Below are positions 39,492-49,314 of a stretch of 64,000 nt of DNA, one piece after another. Under the pieces are notes generated by a model that searched no databases, was not told the origin of the DNA, and worked only from the letters and a program-made list of their open reading frames with translations. Made by a program: the position numbers and the translations under genes. Source of the DNA: Nitrospinota bacterium (GTDB lineage Bacteria; UBA8248); the NCBI GenBank assembly GCA_036231405.1, contig JAZAHK010000003.1:96001-160000 (forward strand), given 5' to 3'. Positions within the stretch are counted from its first letter, which is position 1. Every line of letters begins with the position of its first letter.

Positions 39492-39872
39492 ATGAATAAT
39501 GGAAACTATCACTATAATTCGACTGTACTCTCACACATTGCCTCTCCTCAAAATGTAGGCGTTATAGAGGATGCTGATTTTATAGGAAAAGGTACAAATC
39601 CTTCTTGTGGCGATGAGGTCGAACTCTATATCAAAACAGAAGGAGAAGTGATTGTCGATGCAAAGATTAAAATCCTCGGATGTGGCGCAATAACTGCTTC
39701 AATGAGTTTATTGACTAACTTGCTTATGGGCGAATCAATCTATAATGCAAGAAAAATATCTTCAGAAAATATTGAAGGGAGCCTAGGGGGTCTCCCTAAA
39801 CACAAGCGCCACTGTTCTAAATTAGCATACAGGGTTTTGCAAAACGCTCTTAACAAATCAAAAAAAGACTAA
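39492..39872 (+). CDS. iscU: Fe-S cluster scaffold, IscU/NifU-N family
   Basis: NPSCGD, GCG, K.HCS; follows the cysteine desulfurase. Confidence 0.9.
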   Translation: MNNGNYHYNSTVLSHIASPQNVGVIEDADFIGKGTNPSCGDEVELYIKTEGEVIVDAKIKILGCGAITASMSLLTNLLMGESIYNARKISSENIEGSLGGLPKHKRHCSKLAYRVLQNALNKSKKD

Positions 39873-39873
39873 A

Positions 39874-40335
39874 ATGTCACAGAAAAACACTTTCGAAATT
39901 GAAATCACAAAAAAAAACAAGATAGAAGGTCTAGGAATATGCATTGCAGGGGAAACAACACCTGAAACAATAGGACTGTTAAGAGGACAATTTCTTAAGA
40001 GAACTGACCATTTGAGTATTTTAGACGGAGACTGTTATGGATTACTTTTTCCTAACAACGGCTACAAAGCTTTCTTCTCAAATAAGTATTTTGATTCTAG
40101 TATCGAAAGCTTCAGCAAAATAAAAATAACCGCGGATTTATACGCAATAGGAGTACATGAAGGAAGTTACGGTAATTTATCAGAATCACTCGAGAAAATT
40201 ATTATGGCTATTAAAAAAAAAGGACTTGAAAAAAAGAATCAACCAATAGTGCATCGTTTTATGAATGACCCCAGAAAAACCGTCTCCCGAGACCTAAGGA
40301 CCGAAATATGGATACCAACAATTGAGAAAACCTAA
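39874..40335 (+). CDS. GyrI-like small-molecule-binding domain protein
   Basis: YA..VHEGSY..L and NDP.....DLRTEIWIP motifs. Confidence 0.72.
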   Translation: MSQKNTFEIEITKKNKIEGLGICIAGETTPETIGLLRGQFLKRTDHLSILDGDCYGLLFPNNGYKAFFSNKYFDSSIESFSKIKITADLYAIGVHEGSYGNLSESLEKIIMAIKKKGLEKKNQPIVHRFMNDPRKTVSRDLRTEIWIPTIEKT

Positions 40336-40352
40336 GAATAAATAAGATATAG

Positions 40353-43301
40353 TTATATTTTATTTATTTTGCATAACAAACTTTTTAAGTTAGTTTGTCC
40401 TGAAATCGGATCTCTCTGATCTCTACTCGTTAAGAAATTAACGGAATACCAGGGGTTATAGGGTTGTCTTTCTCCCCATCCAATTGGGATAAAAATAGCA
40501 TCTTTTCTGATGCCACTATATAGATAAGCTCTGACATTTATTTTACCATGTGCAGATTCAACTTCAATTATTTCTCCATCTTCTATTTCTAATTCTCTTG
40601 CATGTTCTGGATGAATCTGACAAAAAAGATCAGGGCACATCTCTTGTGCCTCCCAGAAATAATGAGTCCAACTGTGGAAATGCGGCGCAGGGGGTCTCCC
40701 AGTTATCAATTCCGTATCAAAACCCTTAGCCCTTAATTCACGAGAAAGACTCTTTTCCTCTATTGAGACTATCTCCGCTTTAGAAGTACCTGTAGGAACA
40801 TCATAAAATGGTGAAATAACATCTAAACTTTCATCATTATCTTTAATTTCTAAAAACGGTAGATCGATCAAAAGTTCAGGATCAGAGTAAAACTCAGGAA
40901 GAGCAGACAAATCTAAACAATTAAATTTCTTCTCTAACTCTTCAGTCCAAAACTCTAGTTTTCCACTTTTTGTTGGGAATCTTTTTCCTTCAGGCTGACC
41001 AACAGCAGTTGTTCCTTCTAGGTAAAGTGTTTCTTGTTCAGGTGAATCTTCATTTGAAACGGGATAGCGAACCCATCTATAAGGAACTGAATGTAAACGC
41101 TTCTGAGTGACACCTCTTAGAAAATCATTTTGGATACACACTTCATCCCAAAAAATTCGTGGGTCTTTAAATTCTTCCCTAAGAACGTCACCAAATCCTA
41201 AACGTTTCCCGAGTTCTATCCATATCCAACCATCTGGTTTAGCTGCACCAGGAGGTTCTATTAATTTATCGATCCATACAATTCGTCGATCATCATTACT
41301 TCGTCCTATTTCTCCTTTTTCAATTCCCGTAGCAGCAGGCAATACATAATCAGCAAACGAAGAAGTCTCATTTTGGAACAATTCAATATGGACAAAAAGA
41401 TCTAGATTTTGGAACGCATCTCTAACATTATTTTGATCTGGCCATTGAGACAATGGGTTGCTAGAGCTTATCATTGCCTTAATTGGATATGGCACCCCAT
41501 GCTTCATTGCCTTTAGCCAACCAACAGGACTTTTCCTTATCTTTGGTCTACTAATCTTTTTTCTTCTTTCCGTGGGAGCATTTGGAGAAATAGGTGGTCC
41601 AGCGGTCATATTGAAATAGGCCCCACCTTTACGTCCCCAATTACCAGTAATAGCGCTTACAAACATCCAAGTTCGATTAGTTTGTAATGAATTCATGTGT
41701 TGATTTATACCTCTACTAGCAAAAATCACACATCCATCAGAATTAGCAATCTCACTTGCGAGTAATTCTATTTCACTTTGAGCTAAATCAGTTATTTTAG
41801 ATGCCCATTGCGGGCTATAACCTTTTTCAAAAATAAACTCTTTCCAGTTTTCCCATCCTAAAACCCAATCATTACAAAACTTCGTATCATGTAAGTTCTT
41901 TGAAAGAATCTCGTGTGCAATTGAAAGCGCTAATGCCATATCAGTACCTGGACGTATGGGTAACCATCTGTCTGCTTTGCTTGCTGTTACAGTCTGTCTG
42001 GGATCAACAACAATCATTTTTGCTTTATTTTTAATTCTCCAATCATTGATCTTTCCAAAATAAACCGGACGTGTTTCTGCCTGATTATCTCCAACATAAA
42101 GGTACATTTCGGCACTACCAAGATCGGTTGGAGTATAACTGTTTCCACTTCCATTAATACCTTGCGTAATTTGATAAGAAATTGTTTTTCCAGAAGCACA
42201 GAACGGGTCAGTACCCTCAATATTATGGGTCCCCCACAACTGACTGAACAATCTAGTGTATCCTTTTTGAGTAAGAATACCGGTCCTTGTCCCAATAAAA
42301 ATTGCGAGTGCCTCTGGGCCCCATTTCTCTTTCATTTGAATTAACTTTTCAGCAATCTCGTCTAGTGCTTGTTCCCAACTGATTTCTTCAAACTTATTTT
42401 CACCTCTTTCGCCTATCCTTTTCAGTGGAGTGCGAAGTCTCTTTTCATTATGATGTAGTTGCAAAGCAAATTGTGCTTTGGGACATAATTTCCCTTCTAA
42501 CACAGGATCTTCATCATTTCCTGTAATTTGAACTAGCTGGTCTCCCTTAAAATGAAACTTTGTAGTACAGCAGTTAAAACAAATATTACAACCACCTGGT
42601 TCAATTCTACTCGCGATCTTTTCATTTTTCTCAAAACCAAATGGGAAATCAGCATTTAATTTTTTAGAACGAAGTGGGCCATTTCCTGAATTAGACTTCT
42701 TAGGACCCTTACCTGTATTAATGAAATTATTATCCATGATTGGAAGAAATGAACTATTTCCTCTTAATTTCTCTAAATAAATTGTCTGCGGTTTTAATAA
42801 GAAGCTATCAATATCTTTAACAACTCTATCTGTATTTTCTGCGATCTTTAATAATTCTGAACGTTCACCGAAAGTAATAGCATATCCAGGACATACACTA
42901 GAACAAGCAGGTTCTATCTTATCTGCACGTCTTTCCGAACAAAGATCACATTTCACCGAATGATGCCCTTCTTCATCAAAACCCATAGCACTATAAGGAC
43001 AAGACAAAACACATTCTCCACAACCCGTACATAATTCTTCATGAACTTTTACTATACCGGTTTCGTCATCTTTCGTTATTGCTTTAGGATTTACAGGACA
43101 TGATCTAAGGCAAGCAGGGCGTTCGCAATGCTGACAAGTTAAGGTAAAAAAATCTATACCCATACTATCTTGATTGCCAAGCCATACAACCTTATTTCTA
43201 AAAGTTCCAGGTTTTAAACGATGCTCTTGTTTACATGCCGCTTCACAACTTTTGCACCCAAAACATCGTTCCAAGTCAATCATTAATGCAACTTGATTCA
43301 A
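40353..43301 (-). CDS. Molybdopterin (DMSO reductase family) oxidoreductase with fused N-terminal DmsB-like 4x[4Fe-4S] domain
   Basis: CFGCKSCEAAC, CQHCERPAC...C, CTGCGECVLSC, CDLC..PAC...C; then CNICFNCC..CPK, RL.TPLKR.GERG, ISWEQAL, IRPGTD, ADYVLPA, LITGR..HFHS. Confidence 0.92.
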   Translation of the reverse strand: MNQVALMIDLERCFGCKSCEAACKQEHRLKPGTFRNKVVWLGNQDSMGIDFFTLTCQHCERPACLRSCPVNPKAITKDDETGIVKVHEELCTGCGECVLSCPYSAMGFDEEGHHSVKCDLCSERRADKIEPACSSVCPGYAITFGERSELLKIAENTDRVVKDIDSFLLKPQTIYLEKLRGNSSFLPIMDNNFINTGKGPKKSNSGNGPLRSKKLNADFPFGFEKNEKIASRIEPGGCNICFNCCTTKFHFKGDQLVQITGNDEDPVLEGKLCPKAQFALQLHHNEKRLRTPLKRIGERGENKFEEISWEQALDEIAEKLIQMKEKWGPEALAIFIGTRTGILTQKGYTRLFSQLWGTHNIEGTDPFCASGKTISYQITQGINGSGNSYTPTDLGSAEMYLYVGDNQAETRPVYFGKINDWRIKNKAKMIVVDPRQTVTASKADRWLPIRPGTDMALALSIAHEILSKNLHDTKFCNDWVLGWENWKEFIFEKGYSPQWASKITDLAQSEIELLASEIANSDGCVIFASRGINQHMNSLQTNRTWMFVSAITGNWGRKGGAYFNMTAGPPISPNAPTERRKKISRPKIRKSPVGWLKAMKHGVPYPIKAMISSSNPLSQWPDQNNVRDAFQNLDLFVHIELFQNETSSFADYVLPAATGIEKGEIGRSNDDRRIVWIDKLIEPPGAAKPDGWIWIELGKRLGFGDVLREEFKDPRIFWDEVCIQNDFLRGVTQKRLHSVPYRWVRYPVSNEDSPEQETLYLEGTTAVGQPEGKRFPTKSGKLEFWTEELEKKFNCLDLSALPEFYSDPELLIDLPFLEIKDNDESLDVISPFYDVPTGTSKAEIVSIEEKSLSRELRAKGFDTELITGRPPAPHFHSWTHYFWEAQEMCPDLFCQIHPEHARELEIEDGEIIEVESAHGKINVRAYLYSGIRKDAIFIPIGWGERQPYNPWYSVNFLTSRDQRDPISGQTNLKSLLCKINKI

Positions 43302-43328
43302 TTTTAATCCTTTTTATCCAAGACAAGA

Positions 43329-44108
43329 CTATTTAGACATGTGCCACCAGTATATTTCAGAACCTCCTGATACATACTCTGCAAAAAAAGTTACCACGAT
43401 TATATGGGCAAAAAGACCAAGAAAAAAAGCAATCGACAAGGAAATATGAATTGATCTCCAAAAACGAATTAAAAAACTATGTTTAAAATTTTTTCTAATG
43501 TACGAGTTCTCCTTACGAACTAAGTTATAAAATCGAATCGAAAAAACCGGATACTTAATCCAGTGTTTTAGACAAAGAGAAAAAGTTCCTTCTTCACTAT
43601 CAGGTTCAATAAAGAACAACAATTCCTCTTTTTTTTGAATTATCCCCTCTATCTTTTCTTTGTCATCTGGATTTAGGGTCTGAAAAATTGGAACTTTGGA
43701 AGCAAAAATTTTTGTGTTTCTCTTAGAAATATAAAATCGTGCAAAAATTCCTAACAAAGTGAGACCTAGGAGTGCAACTAAAAGTAAGGCTGGAGCATAC
43801 CTGATATGGCCAGAAGAGTGGATTGTAACTAAGACAGAACCAATAATGGCTGTTACTACATGACAATTAAACCAAAATACCGGATTTTTGCTTGCATGGG
43901 TTCTCTTCAGAAAGAGGAAAACCATTGAAACAGAAAGAAATAAGGAACCAACCACCCCAAAAATATAAAGAACTGGAGAGCCAGGCGTATGCCACAGAGG
44001 CGGCAGAAGATGCAATAATGAGAAATACATAAGCAGGATGAAGAAAGCAAAAAAAATTAGATAGGCTAGCAATTTATCATGAATTGAAAAAGACTTTTTA
44101 TTCTTCAT
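43329..44108 (-). CDS. Multi-pass membrane protein with paired His residues (cytochrome b / ferric reductase-like)
   Basis: Hydrophobic helices containing WFNCH...TIH and WRSIH...FAH; directly upstream of the Mo enzyme. Confidence 0.7.
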   Translation of the reverse strand: MKNKKSFSIHDKLLAYLIFFAFFILLMYFSLLHLLPPLWHTPGSPVLYIFGVVGSLFLSVSMVFLFLKRTHASKNPVFWFNCHVVTAIIGSVLVTIHSSGHIRYAPALLLVALLGLTLLGIFARFYISKRNTKIFASKVPIFQTLNPDDKEKIEGIIQKKEELLFFIEPDSEEGTFSLCLKHWIKYPVFSIRFYNLVRKENSYIRKNFKHSFLIRFWRSIHISLSIAFFLGLFAHIIVVTFFAEYVSGGSEIYWWHMSK

Positions 44109-44587
44109 TCAAATTCTATTTTAGAAACTTCGACTATCTCAAAAGTTCTAACACCACCAGGCAGTTTAATAACAACTTCGTCTCCAGGCTCTTTCTGCAT
44201 CAATCCTCTTGCCAAAGGGGCATTAAAAGAAATGATACCGCTAGACAAGTCACTTTCTTCTTCCCCAAGGATTTGGTATGTCAGTTCTTCATCCTTATCA
44301 ATATCAAATAGCTTTACCTTTGTACCAACCGAGACCTTATCCCCAGAAATAGGGAGTTCTTCGATGATCTGGGCAGTTCGTATTTTCTCTTTTAGACGCC
44401 TTGCTTCATGTTGAAGATTCCTTTGTAATTCAATCGCTGCTTCCCATTCCGCATTCTCGCTTAAATCTCCAAGATCTGCTGCTTTCCCGATTTCTTTTGC
44501 AACATCATGCTTAAGACGATGTTCTATCTCCTCAACCTTTTCCTTTAGATTCACTAGGCTTTGATTGGTTAAATAAAATGCCATCAT
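44105..44587 (-). CDS. greA: Transcription elongation factor GreA
   Basis: GDLSENAE, YQILG..E, ISFNAPLARGL, PGG. Confidence 0.93.
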   Translation of the reverse strand: MMAFYLTNQSLVNLKEKVEEIEHRLKHDVAKEIGKAADLGDLSENAEWEAAIELQRNLQHEARRLKEKIRTAQIIEELPISGDKVSVGTKVKLFDIDKDEELTYQILGEEESDLSSGIISFNAPLARGLMQKEPGDEVVIKLPGGVRTFEIVEVSKIEFE

Positions 44588-44628
44588 TTACCTCTCTTAC
44601 GAATTAAAAACACAAAAGTATATTATAT

Positions 44629-45540
44629 CTAAGCCGATAAATTTCTAAAATCAAATCCAGTCTCGGAAACAAATTCATTAATTATCTTTTCCGTAATTGG
44701 TCCAGGGATTGGATTTTTTGGTAAGAATCGGTCAATCTGGTTAACGGGCATTGCACAAATAGCGCTTGATGTTAAAAAATACTCATCTGCCTGACTTAAG
44801 TCATACAAAGTGATGTCCTTTTCTTCTAAACAAATTCCCAAACGTTTTGCCATCTCAAACACTGTCAATCTTGTAACTCCTTGAAGAACATTTTTTTCAA
44901 GTGGAGTATAAAGAGTATTATCTTTGACCATAAAAAAATTAGCTACTGAATTTTCAGCAACATTTCCATATATATCGAGCATTAAAGAAAGCGAACCATT
45001 GGAAGAAGCATCAAGTTCAGCAAGAATTTGATTCATTTTACTAGTCACCTTTGCTCTAGCCTCGAGACATTGGGGTGGAACTCTCCTTGTAGCAACAATC
45101 GATAATTTAACACCTTTGGAGTATTCCTCTAACAATTGACCTGAGGGGGACTCTCTCCAAAAAATAAAAATTGTTGGTCTTTCAGCTTTACTTGCAATCA
45201 TAGAGGGATCATCCATCCCTCTGGTAACCCAATGACCAACTCGGTACATCTTTCCTTTTTCAAGCAAAATTTGATTTACTTTCAGAGTTTCATGAGTCGC
45301 AATTTTCATTTCTTCTAAATCTAAATGACATTGAATTTGCGTATATTTCAAGGATCTATATAGGCGTTTCAAGTGTTCATCGAGACGAAATAATTTCCCA
45401 TTAAAACAAGGAGTGACCTCGTAAACACCATCTCCCCATAAAAAACCACGATCAAAAGGAGAAATAAGAGCTTTACTCTCTTCTATAATTTCCCCATCGA
45501 GATAAACATAACGATCTGCAGGCATATTGAAGACTTTCAA
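44629..45540 (-). CDS. Class IV aminotransferase (branched-chain/D-amino acid family)
   Basis: DRGFLWGDGVYE, H..RL..S, AK (PLP Lys), E....N.F, LQGVTR, ADE.FLTSS. Confidence 0.9.
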   Translation of the reverse strand: MKVFNMPADRYVYLDGEIIEESKALISPFDRGFLWGDGVYEVTPCFNGKLFRLDEHLKRLYRSLKYTQIQCHLDLEEMKIATHETLKVNQILLEKGKMYRVGHWVTRGMDDPSMIASKAERPTIFIFWRESPSGQLLEEYSKGVKLSIVATRRVPPQCLEARAKVTSKMNQILAELDASSNGSLSLMLDIYGNVAENSVANFFMVKDNTLYTPLEKNVLQGVTRLTVFEMAKRLGICLEEKDITLYDLSQADEYFLTSSAICAMPVNQIDRFLPKNPIPGPITEKIINEFVSETGFDFRNLSA

Positions 45541-45596
45541 ATTAAATAATAGAATTTCCTAGATTTTCTAATAATAACAAATTTCTAACTTTATTT

Positions 45597-47195
45597 TCAT
45601 TTTTTCTTTCCCCATCCACCCCCACCAGGAGTCTCTAACCTTATTATATCTCCTTGCTCCAACTCCAAACGTTGTTTGCTCTTACACTTAATGATTTTAC
45701 CATTCCTTTTCAAAACCGAATTCTTTCCTCTTTTACCTGGCAATCCACCTTGCAGAGCCCACGGGGACAATTTTCTCCTTTCAGTCAAGAAAGAAATAGT
45801 AGCAGGACTTAACAGTTCTATTTCTCTAATTATTCCATCTCCGCCTCTCATTAATCCCGCTCCTCCACTTTTTCTTCTCACTCTATATTTTCTAACTCTT
45901 AAAGGATAGGAATGCTCAATCGATTCTATAGGAGTATTCCTTGTATTCGTTAAATGTGTATGAATTGCATTCTCCCCATTTCCCCATTTTCCAGCTCCCA
46001 TACCACCACCAGTGGTTTCATAATAAGCAAAAGGTTTCCCACATTCGTTCCTCGAACGCAAATCAACTCCTCCTACCGTAAGGTTATTCATGGTCCCACA
46101 AGATGCAGAAGGTATTTTTTCAGGACATGCTTTGGACATGGCACCAAGAACTACGTCAACCATCCTTTGGCTAGTCTCCACATTTCCACCAGCAACAGCA
46201 GACGGAAATGTGGAATTTACTACTGTTCCAGATGGTGCAATTACATCGATAGGTTCCATACAACCAGAGTTATTAGGAATTTCGTATGGGATCAGACATC
46301 TAATTGCATAATAGACAGCAGTTCTAGCTATAGACTCAACAGCATTAATGTTCCCATCTGTTTGCGGAGAGGATCCTGTAAAATCAGCAACCATAGAATC
46401 TTCTGTAATAGTAATTCTTACGCTAATTTTTACAGGGTCCTCTGAAATTCCATCATCATCCATAAAATCACTAAATTCAAATTTTCCATCTGGCATCTCT
46501 GAAATTGCAGCCCTAGTCATTCGTTCCGAATAGTGTTGTAACTCTGAAGTATAAAAAGAAGTCTGGCTTAGACTATATTCATGAATAATTTCTTCGATAC
46601 TTCGTTGACCTACCAGATTTGCAGAAATCTGAGATAGCACGTCTCCCTTACGTTCTTCTGGTGTTCTAACATTAGATAAAATTAGGGAGAGTAAATCTTC
46701 TTGAATAACTCCTTTCCGAACTATCTTTACGGGCGGAATAACTAATCCATCTTGAAAAATCTCTTTAGTTAAGCTCATTGATCCTGGTGCTATTCCACCA
46801 ACATCTGCATGATGTGCTCTATTTGCGACAAAATATTGCAAAGTTAATTTTCTATTTTTCTTTAAAAATATTGGAGAAATCATCGTTAAATCGGGTAAAT
46901 GATTACCTCCGTTAAACGGATCGTTAAGGACTACCATATCATCAGGGTTCAAATCTATCGTTTCAATCACATGTTCGACCGACATTGGCATCGATCCAAG
47001 ATGTGCAGGAAGATGAGCAGCTTGCGATACCATTTTTCCGTTCTTATCAAAAATAGCGCATGAATAATCTCTTCTTTCTTTTATATTTGGAGAAAAAGAA
47101 GACTTGCATAAAGCTATTCCCATTTCCTCTGCAACTGAAAGGAAAAGATTTTTAAAGACCTCTAATAAAATCGGGTCTAATCTACGTTTCCCCAT
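45597..47195 (-). CDS. Hydantoinase B / oxoprolinase family subunit
   Basis: FSPNIKERRDYSCA, HLGSM, NDPF.GGNHLPD, RAHHADVGG, GNVETSQR, ETPGGGG. Confidence 0.94.
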   Translation of the reverse strand: MGKRRLDPILLEVFKNLFLSVAEEMGIALCKSSFSPNIKERRDYSCAIFDKNGKMVSQAAHLPAHLGSMPMSVEHVIETIDLNPDDMVVLNDPFNGGNHLPDLTMISPIFLKKNRKLTLQYFVANRAHHADVGGIAPGSMSLTKEIFQDGLVIPPVKIVRKGVIQEDLLSLILSNVRTPEERKGDVLSQISANLVGQRSIEEIIHEYSLSQTSFYTSELQHYSERMTRAAISEMPDGKFEFSDFMDDDGISEDPVKISVRITITEDSMVADFTGSSPQTDGNINAVESIARTAVYYAIRCLIPYEIPNNSGCMEPIDVIAPSGTVVNSTFPSAVAGGNVETSQRMVDVVLGAMSKACPEKIPSASCGTMNNLTVGGVDLRSRNECGKPFAYYETTGGGMGAGKWGNGENAIHTHLTNTRNTPIESIEHSYPLRVRKYRVRRKSGGAGLMRGGDGIIREIELLSPATISFLTERRKLSPWALQGGLPGKRGKNSVLKRNGKIIKCKSKQRLELEQGDIIRLETPGGGGWGKKK

Positions 47196-47235
47196 AAATC
47201 AATCCTCTAAAACAAGAATTATTTCTGATCAAGAT

Positions 47236-49224
47236 CTATTCTTTCGTCAAAACCAAATTACTTTCTTTATCCACTTTACAATTCCATGAAGGGGGAATTA
47301 AAGATGTTGCACTAAATTCGAAAACCAGTGCTGGACCAACAAAACTATCTCCTGGATATAAATCCATACGATCGTAAACCTTTGCTATATAAGATTTCCC
47401 AAGAAAGACCATTTTTTGCGTTTTAATTTTTTTCTTGCTCAACTTTTCCTTTCTTTTACTACTATCCAATTGAACTGTTTTTGTAGAACCTGTAGCTCTC
47501 ACTCTTATATTAACGATTTCTACCTCTCTATCAGAATTTATAGTCAAATACCTTTTTTCATGAAACTCAGTGAATAACGAATATAAATTTTGGCAGAGAT
47601 TTGAAGTAGTTTTTGGAAAAGGAATAGTTAATTCGTGAGATTGACCTAAATAACGCATATCTAAAAATTTTTCTATTTTTAATTTATTAATATCTTCTTT
47701 TTTTAATTCTTCTTTAGCCTGTTTTAAAAGGGGTGAAAACAAGCGATCTAAAAATTTCTTGTTTATATCCTCTAAATTACAAAGAATCGTTTTAGAGTAG
47801 TCTTTGATTACATCAGCCATAAACATCCCTCTCGCTGAAAGAGTTCCTGGATCTCTAGGAATAAGCACTCTTTTCATACTAAGCATTTCTGCGAGAGTAC
47901 AAGCATGCATAGGACCGGCACCACCAAATGCCATTAAGGTGAAATCGCGAGGATCATGCCCTCTTTCAATACTCATAAGTCGAATTGCGTTAGCCATATG
48001 ACCATTAGCAATTCTTAATAATCCTTCTGCAGCCTCTATAGGACTCATATATATATTTTCTGCTAAAAACTTTATTCCTTTTTTTGATCTATCAGAATGT
48101 ATCTTCATCTTCCCACCAAGAAAGTTAGAAGGATCTATCCTACCTAAGAATAAATTTGCATCTGTTACAGTCACATCGTTTCCATTTCCATAACACATTG
48201 GACCAGGGAACGCCCCAGCACTTTTCGGCCCAACAATAAGGGCTCCACCAGGATCAGATTCCCCTATTGATCCCCCTCCCGCACCAACACTATGAATATC
48301 TATTACGGGAACCCGAACAGGACAACCAGATATTTCTGTCTCTGAAGTAAAGCTTAATTTTCCATCAAGAATTGAAACATCTGCACTTGTACCGCCCATA
48401 TCAATCGTAATAAATTTAGATGATTTCGTCCCTTTAGCTACGTGAAGTGCTCCTACAACTCCTCCTGCGGGACCCGATAGAATCGTTCTGACAGCTTCAT
48501 TGCTAGCTACTTCTGAAGATATAATTCCTCCATTACTCTGCATGACACGAAACCGTCTTAGCGTTTCTTCTTTCTCAAGCTTCCCCAAGTAATTTTTCAT
48601 TAATGGGCAAACATAAGCATTAACACAAGTTGTACTTGTTCTCTCAAACTCTCTATATTCAGGGAGAATAAGACTGGATACAGAAACAGGGAATCCTGCT
48701 TTTTTAAAAAAATCAGAGACTTCTAACTCATGTGAATTATTTGCATAAGAATGGAGAAAACAAATCGCTAAAGATTGTATTTTATTCCTCTTTAATTTTA
48801 GAAGTATTTTTTCTAATTCAGTTCTAGGAAGATCCTTTAAAATTTCTCCTTTTTCATTCATTCTTTGATTTATTCCAAAACGATTTTCTTTTTGAACAAT
48901 AGTTTCAGGTCTATGGTAAGATAGATCATATAGGACATCTCTATTCTGACGACCAATTTCAATGATATCTTCAAAACCAGAAGTTGTAATAAGGCCTACT
49001 TTTGATCCCTCTCGAGATAAGAGGGCATTCGTGGAAACTGTTGAACCATGAATAAGATCAATCGCCCTAGTATCTGTGTTTTTTTCATTGATACCTTGCA
49101 TAATTGCAAGTGATGGATTTGAGGGAGTAGAAGGCACTTTATGAACTTTTAACATTCCATTTTCAAGAAAAACAAAATCGGTAAATGTTCCACCAGTATC
49201 AACTGCAACTCGAAAATCTAACAA
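47236..49224 (-). CDS. Hydantoinase A / oxoprolinase family ATP-binding subunit
   Basis: DTGGTFTD, HGSTVSTNA, EYREFER, SGPAGG, DMGGTS, VGAGGGS, FGGAGP.H. Confidence 0.94.
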   Translation of the reverse strand: MLDFRVAVDTGGTFTDFVFLENGMLKVHKVPSTPSNPSLAIMQGINEKNTDTRAIDLIHGSTVSTNALLSREGSKVGLITTSGFEDIIEIGRQNRDVLYDLSYHRPETIVQKENRFGINQRMNEKGEILKDLPRTELEKILLKLKRNKIQSLAICFLHSYANNSHELEVSDFFKKAGFPVSVSSLILPEYREFERTSTTCVNAYVCPLMKNYLGKLEKEETLRRFRVMQSNGGIISSEVASNEAVRTILSGPAGGVVGALHVAKGTKSSKFITIDMGGTSADVSILDGKLSFTSETEISGCPVRVPVIDIHSVGAGGGSIGESDPGGALIVGPKSAGAFPGPMCYGNGNDVTVTDANLFLGRIDPSNFLGGKMKIHSDRSKKGIKFLAENIYMSPIEAAEGLLRIANGHMANAIRLMSIERGHDPRDFTLMAFGGAGPMHACTLAEMLSMKRVLIPRDPGTLSARGMFMADVIKDYSKTILCNLEDINKKFLDRLFSPLLKQAKEELKKEDINKLKIEKFLDMRYLGQSHELTIPFPKTTSNLCQNLYSLFTEFHEKRYLTINSDREVEIVNIRVRATGSTKTVQLDSSKRKEKLSKKKIKTQKMVFLGKSYIAKVYDRMDLYPGDSFVGPALVFEFSATSLIPPSWNCKVDKESNLVLTKE

Positions 49225-49314
49225 TTTTCCTCTCTAAATGTTTAATTTTGAAAACCTAATCGAAGTTCAATGTGACAATTTAAACAAGAACAGAAGTATC
49301 ACTCATTGAACATA

